Of a stretch of DNA of 64,000 nucleotides, positions 30,101-42,100 are shown in pieces. The stretch is from assembly GCF_030028105.1 (NCBI RefSeq), contig NC_092381.1:73186505-73250504 (forward strand), read 5' to 3'. Position 1 is the first letter of the stretch; the number at the start of each line of letters is the position of its first letter. A model generated the notes under the pieces. It searched no databases, was not told the DNA's origin, and saw only the letters and a list, made by a program, of their open reading frames with translations. The stretch comes from Mobula birostris. Lineage: Eukaryota. The translations under genes and the position numbers were made by a program.

Positions 30101-33100
30101 GAAGGAATGAGAGAAACAGGATAGATAAAGGCTATGTCCGACCTTCAGTTCAGCTGAAGTACATGCATCCAAAACAGCATTCAGTGTTTGTAAGCCTTTC
30201 TTCTGTTCACCAGTGAGAGGGTTTTGGTGAATGAATTATGTGACGTGCAACATTAACAAATCTCGTATGGTTATTATTGTGAACAATCATCGCTTTCAAC
30301 AAAGTCCAGTTTAGATTGTTGTTGTACGAACAACAGTCAAGTCTATTGCGCTTGATAGTTACTTCTAAATTGTGCTGGCCTTTGTGCTTGTGAGGTAGGC
30401 TTGATGAGTAGTAAGTCTTTTCTTGGATTTTGCATATACTGTATGTAAATTCCTACTTTCTTGATGAAATGCACGTGGCTTTTCCGAAGGGATATATTAT
30501 GGTGTCCCAGAAAAGAATGCTGGAGAAAATTAGGTGAATTTTGAAAAGGAAATGTAGCAAGATGGGTAGATTGGTGGTTGAGAGGATTTAATCAACAAAA
30601 TAATGAAAGCTTTTTTGCAACTGAGAAGAGACGACGTGACTAACTGTTGCTGCCTGTGTAGAGAGATATTCTGTGGTTAGAAAATATGCTGAAAGCAGAA
30701 AAGAGAGAAGTTGTCTGACATGGATTGACAGAAGACATGGATATCAAGGGGATGTGCAGATTAGTGCCAAAGGTAATTTATCACAAATAGGTATGAGATA
30801 TTAAATTTCTAGGAAAAATAATAATTGTAAATACACTATTAACAAAGTTCATTATAATTCCAGCGTCTTTTGTCAACACCTTAAAATCTACACTGGTTGG
30901 CGTACCTTGCTGTAAGTTTTACTGTGACAATGAAGCATCAGTTAATAAACTACCTGTTTGAATTTCAACCACTGAGCTCAGAGAATGGTTGCAAGTCTTG
31001 TCGGATGCCACAACATACACAGAATATAACTGGCCACAGAGTAACACGGGTATTCCACATGATGCTTCTGACGTTCCACATGACACAATGCTCCCATCAG
31101 CTCCTTCTGCAATGGCAGTGTACCACAGCGCTCCTTTACTGTAGTCCCACAGAACCAGAGCTGTATTGAGGTTACAATCCAGTTGTACTGTGACATTCTG
31201 TGGCTCACAAGGGACTGAAGATAAGATTGGAAATCAAAAAGAATGTAAGACGAGAGGATCAACTATCGTTGTGAATTTACCAAATATTTACTTTAAGATC
31301 TATGGGCTCTAATGCATCATTCATTAGATGCTTCACTAAATATGTGAATAGATATTTACTTATTTTAGCAATGACTGAATAATTTTAATTATTCTCATTC
31401 CTTATTTCTCAAACTCATCATTGCAGACATTATGTTGAAATCAATATTTATGTCTCTGATCAAAAGGGATTGATGAACAAATTCCCAATGGAGCTGGCTT
31501 CCTCATGCCAGATCACACAAAAGCAGAGCAAAATGATTACAGATTCAACAGGTACAACAGGGCAAGTATAAAATGATGCAGGCTGTTTTCTGTCAAGGTG
31601 ACTCCATCGTCCAGCATCTCGCACACCTCTTATGCTTCTGTTTTTATACAACCATAGAGTCATGCCGACTTTAAGCAATTAAACAACCCATACAAGCATT
31701 AGTACTTTGGATGGGACAGCTTTTTAAAATGCATTTTCATTAAAACGGTCTTCCTTTTTTCTCACGAATCCATAAAGATATCCTCAAAACTTTGGGAATA
31801 GGGTGTTTAATTGATAACCAAGCAACTTTTTGAAAATGTTATTATTTTGCAACACAGAACACTGCATTGTCTGTACCAGCGGGAATATTTTAATTGAAGG
31901 GGGTTTGAAAATGCTTTCCTACAGTTCACACGTTAGGACAAAGGCATGAAAAAATAGAGAGGAATTACATCTGTGGAATCACAACTATGAGTTCAAAAAA
32001 TTAACTTTCAAAGACATCTTCAACATGGGCATAATAAAATAATAACATAAAATGTTTGCTGTTCACACTTAAACATTTAACCTCTCATTGTGAAATACAA
32101 GACTTCATCTGCCAGTCTGTTCTAAACATCTTTACAGAAGTGACTGATGTCTGTATATACATGCACTCTGGAATCTCCTGCAGATGTTACCTTTTGTTAC
32201 AACAGAGACTGTATATGCAGGTTTAGATTTGAGCCCTTGTATCACTTGTATTAAAGACATGACTCTTTAAATGCCTTGAAAAATCATAGTGTATAGCATT
32301 GCTCTGGCAGTCATGTGACCAGGAGGATACTGCATTTGAATCAGAACCTAACTCAGTTGTTAGATTCTCAGCAATGAACAGTGTTACTTGGAATATAATT
32401 TTTCCTACTGGCCCAAAATATGCACAATAATATAAAATTATTTCCTTGTTATATGCTATTTAAAGATTAGCTGTATTTACCAGTTTGTATTTGGACGGAA
32501 GTACTCGAAATGCCATGCCGGCTGTAACTCAGTGTCGTTACGGTTATGTTATAGGACTGTCCGCAGTGTAAATCCAGCATTTCCTGGCGTGTCTCTGTTG
32601 TGTTGTGTGAGCGTATATGACCATCACTTCCCTCAGAGGTCACATCGAACTCTTTTGCTCCATTAGTCCGGCCCCATGAAACTACCACTCTGTTGGAGTT
32701 ACAGTCCACATTGGCGACAATTTCATCTGGAGCACAAGGTGCTATAGAAACAGAAATACTGCAATTAAAAAGTTCATCTGAGAAAAATCTTAAGAAGTAG
32801 CCCTTCCTAATGTTTTATATGAACTTAAATAGTCCTGGTGAATCTGTCCCCTTTATATTCCACATGTTGCCAACTCATATGTTATTGTGTAATCATTTGA
32901 ACAAGTTCTAGCTCGAGTCATTGATAGGTTATGGTCCATATCCACACATATTTAATCTCTCAGTGCTTTCTATATGAACAGTGAATATAACACATGGTTC
33001 TGTTACAAGATGAGAGGTCTGAAGTTCCATACTAATGATAAGAGACATGAATTTGAGTCTCGCTGTGGCATTCAGCAACTAAAAGTGATCAATTAAAATA

Positions 33101-36100
33101 TCTGGAATTTAAAAAAAACTATCATTAAGAATAGTTATATGAAACATCTAGAATACGATAACAATCTGTCTGGTTCACTAACTCTCTCCAGTAGGAAAAT
33201 CAGTTGTCGTTGTGCAGTCTGGTCTATGTATGGCTTCAAACATGCAGCAAGCAATTCCAGCAAGCAATTTTCTTAGGTCAAATTGGTATGCTAAAACATC
33301 ATATGAATAATATTGGATAAACTGAAGCACCGGGTTTGAACATGACAAAGGTATATCCAGCTCAAAGCACCCTGGAAAGTTCTCCTCACAAACATCTTGG
33401 GTTTTAAGTGAAGTAGAATTTTACTTTATGCACTTTGCTTCAGAGCTCTCCTTTACCAGTAATGGATACATCTGACTCTACAGTTGGATGTATTGGATAC
33501 AGCAGAACTCTGGTGTATCCATCAAAGTAGGTACACAATGTCCATGAGGTCTCATGATGTTGGGTTGTGTCTTACTAATTACCACTCACTTTCCTCTCCT
33601 AGTTCATGGATCAGCATACTCTTTTATGTTGAGAAGTTTGGAAGAAGCACTTAGGGTGGGAGGGCCCATAACATAGTCATCTACAACAGCCCTGACTCAA
33701 AGCCAAATGGGGCTGCGGCAGGTGTCAAGGCAATTAACATGAAGTGATAAACTAGTTAATCTCATACTCAATCTCTCTTTTGCAGTTGTATCTGTCTGAA
33801 ATTTGTCTACAATGTCCTTGTGGAGACAATGTCCAATATCCAATTGATAATGCTCTCCGTCATATTCCGCATTTCTTTCACAGTATTAAATAGGAATGAT
33901 TCACATCAGTTCTAGGAGCTAAGAAATGGGTATCAACCCAGATCTGTAATCTCATAGACTTCCCTGAGGACGAACCCTGGTTCAATGAACAGAACATGCC
34001 ATGAAAACCACAAGGGGCACCTATGTTAATCTATCTTCCTGGTGAAAGCACCACACAGGACCACGAAGACACAAGAGTCTACAGATGCTGGATTCTGGAG
34101 AATCTGCTGGGGAACTCAGTGGGGTGAGCAGCATCTGCCAGAAGAAGGGAATTGTTGATGCATCAGAACTGAGAGTGGAGAGGTGACATGGCCAGTATAA
34201 AGAGGAGGAGAGGGTAGTGGTGAAAAAGATGACTGGTGGACTGCGGAGTAGTGCAAGATTACAGGTAGGTTGTGCCAATCATCAGAAAGGAGTTAAGGTG
34301 GACTTAGAGCCATGTGTCTCTGATAAATGGTGCAGCAGACTGAAGTGATCTTACAACCAAATGATCTGCTCAAAGCTGTGGAACAATCACATCCAGTCCT
34401 GAATGGTAGTGGACAATTTTAAAAAATGGAGAGGAGCCGAAACCAAGAATATTCTTTTTCTCCATATTGACAGAGCCTAGTATATCTGTAAAGATAAAGT
34501 TTAGCAACTTCCAGCCATTATTAAAAAGAGATGCCATCCATCTCAGCTTCCTCCTTCAGCAAAATTGAATTCCCACTGCATAAAGGCCGCGAGTACTGAG
34601 AAAGGGATGACAACATCACAGCTCTAGGGTGGAAAACATGCTTCAGAACTTAGCGCACGAATAGCCAATATGGCCTAGGAGAGAGACAACAATGAAATTC
34701 TTGCATCCAAGCATAAAATTCCTTTGATTTGCAAGTGCACAAAAGCAGGACCAGTCCAATGCAAATAATTACTGTCTCCTCAGCCAGTAATTGTAAATGC
34801 TAAAAGTGTTGCACAAATTGTGTTGTTGTTTGGGACTCTGATGTGAGTAATTTTGCAACTCATTGGCTTATTACCTACAGTTACTACACTTCAAAACCAG
34901 CCTTTTTAATGATGCAAAATGCTTCTGAAAGTGGTCTTAAACATTCCCGTTAAAACTAAATTCAATTGGAATCAAGGTGAAGCTCTCTCATGACTGGAGT
35001 TATATTTGAGAAAAGGGAGTTTGTGGCTGGTGGATGTCATTACACCTTTTTCAAGCCCTCAGGACAATGTTCTAGGTTTAACTATCTTCAGATGCCTCAC
35101 CAATGACCATCCTTCCATCATAGGGTTAGAAATGGGGATTCTTGCTAGGAAATGCACCATGTTCAATCCCATCTCTACCTCTCAGAAAAGTGAATCATGT
35201 ACAACTGCATGCAGTAAGCCTGGATAATTTCTAGTCATAGGCTGATAAACAGAAAGCAGCATTTGCAAAACGCAAGTGTAATGCTGAGATATTCTCTAAA
35301 AAGATGTAATCTAATCATCTCCCCTTGATGATCAATGGCATTACCCTCACTGAAGGAAAACCACCAAAATGCTGTAGTCACCACTGGCCAGAAACTCAAC
35401 AGGACCAGCCATATGAATGTTGTGGAGATAAGAGTAAGTTGGAAGCTGGAAACTTCACATAGACCATAAGATATAGGAGCAGAATTGCAGCATTTGGCCC
35501 ATGTGGCCCTTGTGGCTACGGGGGTCAGGGGGTATGGAGGGGAGGCTGGGGCGGGGTTCTGAGTTGGATGATCAGCCATGATCATAATGAATGGCGATGC
35601 AGGCTTGAAGGGCCGAATGGCCTACTCCTGCACCTATTTTCTATGTTTCTATGTTTCTATGATTTGCTCTGCCATTCCAACATTGCTGATTTATTATCCC
35701 TTTCAATGTCATTCTCCTGCCTTCTCCCTGTAACCTTTGATGCCCTGACTAATCAGCAACCTATCAACCTCTGCTTTAATTATACTCAGTGACCAAGCCA
35801 TTTATGGCAATGAATTCCACAGGTTCCTTACCCTCAGGCGAAAGAAATTCCTCCCTATCTCTGTTCTAAATGGACATCCTTCTATTCTGAGATCGTGCCC
35901 TAGACTCACCGACTATAGCAAACATCACTTTCACTTTACGTCTAGCAACCGCCATCTACAATGAGTGGTGAACTGAAGGCTCTCTCTGTACTGCCTGGCA
36001 ACAACAACAGCTCACAAGGCTGATGCCATCTCGTACAATGCAATCTATTGGAATGGCATCCCATCCCTCATCATAAACATTCACTTTGTCTATCACAAGT

Positions 36101-39100
36101 TCACTCTGAGGCTGCAATGTGTATCAACAACTCCCGGTTCCTCTTCAATTCGCACAACATCCTGACCATGAAAATACATTTTTTTTCCATTGCCGAGTTA
36201 GTATCTTGGAACCCCTGCTGAATATTACTGTGGGAGTGCTTTCAGCAGAGAAAAGAAAATGGTTTAAAAAGGGAATTCAAGAGCACCTACCCAAATGAAA
36301 CTGGGAGGAACTGATAAATGTTGGTCTTGCCAGTGAATTTTTTAATAAATAATAGACATACAATTATGAAATGCGCTTAGATGAAAGATGTAATAGAAAT
36401 AGATCCTCTTTTTCTAATTTGTTTTTGCTGTTCTTCTTCGGCTGTTGTGGCGCATTGGGTGGCATTTTTTTTGCCATTTCCTCAGCATTTGTCTGTTTTT
36501 TACGGGGTCATGTTGCTGCCTCAACACTCATCCCAACACAGATGGAAAGCGTGTAAGGAGCTGGCTAGATTCGAACCGGCACCATTGGCCTCCAAGTTCG
36601 ATGCTGATGCCACTACACCACTGACTGGCTTTTTTCTAATTTACCTGTATGAATTTCGTAGTGGGAGCTCTGGAAGCTGCTACAGGTTTCACCAAATGCG
36701 AGGACAGAGATGTTGTATGTTTGGCTGCAGTGAAGATCTGGGATGAGACAGTTTGTTTTGGATGTGGTACACGTGGCTGTGTGTCCATCGCTCCCCTCTG
36801 CCGTAGCGGTGTACCACACTGTGAGGTTACTCAGCTCCCACGTTACAAAGGCGGTGACACCAACACCATCAGCATGTACGTTCTGAGGGGGACAAGGGGC
36901 TTCAGGACAGGAGGAGAAAACAAAACAAATGGGTCACTAATAAATGATAGAAGTGCACTTTGAATGTTTCTTTCAATATCAAAGTCAGCAGGAAAAAGCG
37001 AAATGTAGAAAATATCCTGGGATATCATGCAGTAACCAACTTCCTGTTCAAAGACACAGTATCTTCAGACTACAATTTACAATTTTATTTTTAAAACCCA
37101 AGGGAAATAGTCTCACAGCAAGAGGGAAGAAGAGGGAAAAATCTTCACTCTACAAATAGAAATTTATAACTACCTTTATAAGGTGTTAAAAGTTGCATGG
37201 AAACCTAGAGAATAGTCCATCCACTTTATTTTTTTTAAATTAGAACTAAAAGCAAACATAACATAAACACCAAAATTACCAATGTGGCTCTCCTGGATCA
37301 CAATCCTCAGAAAATGAACTATCTTGCACTAGATTAACATTTCTCATGCCTCATAAACTCCTTCAGACTTTTACCTGTTTCAGTTTCAAAAATAGAGGTA
37401 TTTACACTCTGACAGTCACTGTCCACTGCCATTATAGTTATTGAATATGTCTGACTGCAGTGCAGGTCCACAAAGTCACAGCTCGTCTCTGTTGTGTTAC
37501 ACAGTGAAACGTGTCCATCTTGTCCTTCTGCTGTTGTAATGTACCACATGGCACCTTCAGCCTTCGCCCAGGTCACTGACGTACTCCTGGTGTCACAGTC
37601 CAGACTGGTGGAAGTGTGTTCCGGTGCACAAGGGGCTGCAAATTACAGAAACACATTATGACTGGGTAAGATACTGCAACTGCTTTTTTTCTGGAGGTGG
37701 TCCAGGTTATATTGCCAATCTTGACAAACAATTTTGAATACAGAGTCCTCAAATAACAGTCACCATATATTTACAAAAAGAAAAACATGTCCTCTTAAAC
37801 ACCATTAATATAGAAAAGCAAAAGTAAGAGAAAAATCCATACAATATTTTTGGACTAAAGTCTTTTGACACATTTAAACAGCATGTTCACAGGCAGGGAA
37901 CATAGTCATAGTCATAGTCATACTTTATTGATCCCAGGGGGAAATTGGTTAAGACGACGGACCCATGTGCAGACAACTAAGGTTAATTTAATGTGGTATG
38001 GTGGTTGGAATAGACCTCCTAGCTGAAGGGCCTTTTCCTGCACAAAACCTGTCAATATTTCTATGTTTTCAATGAAAAGAAAGATTTATCAGGACATAGC
38101 AGAAATGTTAGATTGTTAGTGTCATCTAACTTAAAGTTAGGTATCTAAGTGTCACTTAGAATAATTTGACACAACAAATCATAGATTTGCTAATAAAGTC
38201 CCAATTAAGTGCATTGGAATATTTTTACATTGTGGAATGTACGGTGCACAGTGAATTAATTTGTTGTGGCAAACAGGCTGCACAGTTTAGAATTATGAGG
38301 AACATAGAAGTAGAAAGACATACCAGTGCTAAATTCAAAATGATAGCTTTGTGAGGTGTCACACACACCGTCCAGTGCTGTCACAGTTAAATTATACACC
38401 TGTCCACAGTATAGGTTGGTTAACTGACATTCGGTATTGGCCGTCTCACAGGAAACTGGGTGCCCATCACTTCCTTCTGCTGTTGCCGAGTAAGAGACTG
38501 CACCTTTAGTGTGGCTCCACAATACTGAAGCATCATTTGTGTCACAGTCTACATGGACATCGAGGTTCTGTGGGATGCAGCAAACTAGAAGAGAACAAGG
38601 AGATCAAATGAGTGGCGGATGTACAGCAGCAGCTGACTTGAGGGACCGGTTTTTGTAATTGCTTGCAAAGACACAGGAGAGCTTTTTCAGGAAAATAGAG
38701 TTTTTGCCAGATCAGAAATCAGTTAGTGTGACTGATGGAGAAATCAGCGATTCAGAAATTGGACGACCCAGCAGTTACCTGTTTTCACTGTGATGGAAGG
38801 ACTTTCAGCAGAGTCACAGGTGTCATCGTGCGCAAGGACTGTGACAGTGTAGGTCTCTCCACAGGACAGGTCAGTGATGTCACACAGCGTATCATTGGCG
38901 CTGCATTGCTGCACGTCGCCTCCTTCTGCAGTGGCAATGTATGATGATGCACCTTCACTGAACTCCCAGGAGACTGACAGAAATCCAGCATCACAGTCCA
39001 TGTAAGCATTGACATTCTGGGGGACACACGGTACTGCAAGAAGAAAGAACATAACCTGAAACTGTTGCACAAGTATTCAGCCACATAACAGTTAGATGCA

Positions 39101-42100
39101 AAAGAGAGTATCTGCAGAATTTTAATATACAGTTTTGACTAGAATTACCTGTTTTAACTGCCAGAGCAGAGCTGTGTGAGCTGTTACACTCCATGCGGAC
39201 TGCCTGTACAGTTATGTAGTAATACAGTCCACAGTACACATCAGAGACCTCACATTCAGTGCCTGTTGTATTCCAGGAGGCCCAGTGGCCATTGGTCCCT
39301 TGTGCTGTTACGTGGTATGACTCTGAGCCATTGCTGGGATCCCAAGACACTGAGACAGTGTTATTCTCGCAGTTGATGTGAGCTACCACATTCTGTGGGA
39401 TACATGGTACTGCAGAAAAAATAATCATAGTTTTATAATCAAATTAATAAAGTACTGTCAATGTATTCCTGCATAAATATGTCCATATCTTACAAACAAA
39501 CAGAATTATGAAATTGCACTTTATCTTTACATTAAAAGGTTCTCAAATTGATTGTTGGGAATGAAAGGAAAATAACTGCGTAATCAGTTTTTCAGAGCAA
39601 GGATCAGCAACTGATACAATTGATGATGAAGCTTACAATAATAACTAACTATAGTTATTGTGAATATATTTGATGTAGAGCCCTAATGATGACATTTCGA
39701 TTTATTCCTGCATTTTCTTAACGAGTGAAATAAGGTAGCTTTTGTTATGTTAAATAAAAAGGTAATCATAAGTTTACCTGTCTCAATATTAAAAGCTGGA
39801 CTTGGTAAACTGGTGCAATTCTCGTCCATCGCTAACACAGTTATACTGTACGTCTGGCCACATGGGAGGCCTGCGATCTCACAGTTTGCTTCTGTTGTAT
39901 TGCACGAGTACTTGTCTCCTTCCGTTCCTTCTGCCATGGCAGCATAGTACACTGCCCCCTCGCTCTCCTCCCACCAAACTGACGCTGCGTGCGTTGCACA
40001 GTCCAAGTGAGCACTTACATTCTGGGGACTACAGGGAGCTGGGGAAATCAAAGAAATAAAATAAGTAAAGGGCAGTCAATTTGTATAAATTCCAGACATG
40101 GGTAAATATAAAATAATATTGAAAAAACTCCCACAATAAATTCTAAAAATTCTTATAAAGCATTAAAAATGCCTAGCATGGGATTGAGATTACAAGTTGA
40201 ATGAAAGAGTATAAATGATTGCACGGAAATGCATGACAAGCTAACCAAACATGCTGTAAGCTTGTTTCATACTGGTACATCCCATATCATTAATTAGTTA
40301 CCTGCTTGAATTTCAACCACTGAGCTCAGAGAATGGTTACAATTGTTGTCAGATGCTACAACATACACAGAATATAACTGGCCGCACAGTAACAGGGGTG
40401 TTCTACATGATGCTTCTGACGTTCTGCACGACACGATGTTCCCATCAGCTCCTTCCGCAACGGCATTGTACCACAGTGCTCCTTTACTGTAGTCCCACAG
40501 AACCAGAGCTGTATTGAGGTTACAATCCAGTTGTACTGTGACATTCTGTGGCTCACAAGGGACTGAAAATTAAAAAGGATGTCAGATAAGAGGATCAAAA
40601 AGACGTGCAAGTGAATTACATTGGTACTTGTCACTAGTGCAAAGTGAATGGGAGATTAAAGCAAATCTGATTTATATGTAATTGCACATAAACAATCTCC
40701 TTAAAAGTAGAGCTGATCTATTTCTCTATCATAATAGTTGTAAGAAGTGATTTTCTTGTAGGCATCCTGAGCATCAGAATGAGCTATAGAAGTTACTGAT
40801 GTACCTGAAAAATGTGTTATTTTAAGATAATAAACAGGGATTACCAATTGCCAAGATGAGATAGCTATCTCTGCAGATGGTGCATACAAGTATGGTGGGG
40901 GGGGGGAATAAAAAGAGGGGCGAGTCTTTGATTCCTGAAGGGCAAACCTCCATGCCAAATAAATAACTATTTGCATCTGGCACAAGGATTGTGGCAATCT
41001 AGATTCAGTTAGGAACAAAGTTAAAGCCTTCTGGAAAATATTTCAGAAGACCAAATGCATCTAATTTCAGCATACAGGTTGAGCACCCCTTATCCAAAAT
41101 ACTTGGAGCCCGAAAGATTTTGGACTTCATATTTTGCAATATTTGCATCAATGGGACACAAGGCTAAACAAGAAATCCATTTACATCGCATACTCTGCTT
41201 ATACATGCACCCTGGAAGAAGTTTTGCATGATAAAATAAGTTTGTCTGGGTACATGGATGGCAGGGTTATAGAGGACTATGGCCCAGGTGCAGGTTGATG
41301 GGAATAAGCAGTTTAAATGGTTCTGCATGGACTAGATGGGCCAAAGGGCCAGTTTCTATACTGTACTTTTCTATGAATCTAATCTATTTTTAATAATTTT
41401 GTGCATGAAACAATAATGTGTACACTGAACCATCAGAAAGGTAAGCTATCAATACCATGGCTGCTTAGGTGTACAGTCAGTGTGTTTGGAATCACCATCA
41501 TTTCTGGATTTATGTGCTACCAGTAAGTAGTCTTTGTCTTATACTTACTCATCACACATATATACTGATTCAGCCATTCAGCATGTTAGATTTTCATCAG
41601 CGGTGATCTTGGCAAACTAATTTGTTTCATAATCACCAGATGCTTCAAGACCAAAATCTTTAAAAAGTTAATGCTGTGCCTTTTCTTAAATGTGTGCAAC
41701 CAGCCTGCTAAATATTCACCTTTGTTTCATTTCATCGTGATAGACCTTTGCTTGTTTCATGATCAACATATGTTAAGTGGCATATGTTCACTCCATCCAC
41801 TCTTTCAATACACATTCGAGATCTTTGTTTTCCGCTTTTTGCAGAGTTTTTTTATTTTTCATTAACTTTTGTTCATTACGTATCTGAGGACAGTTCTCAG
41901 AATTGTCTGTGGAGTGCAGAGACTTATGCATGTGCCTGGGAACGTTCCCAGCATCTTGTGGAATTTTCCATTTGTGACATCATGTCAGCACTCAAAGAAA
42001 TTTCAGATTTCAGAGGTTGTCAGATTTTGGAATTTCAGATAAGGGGTGCTCAAACTTTAACCTCTAACCTGAAGGTTCAGCTGTATCTTTTGCAAACCAG

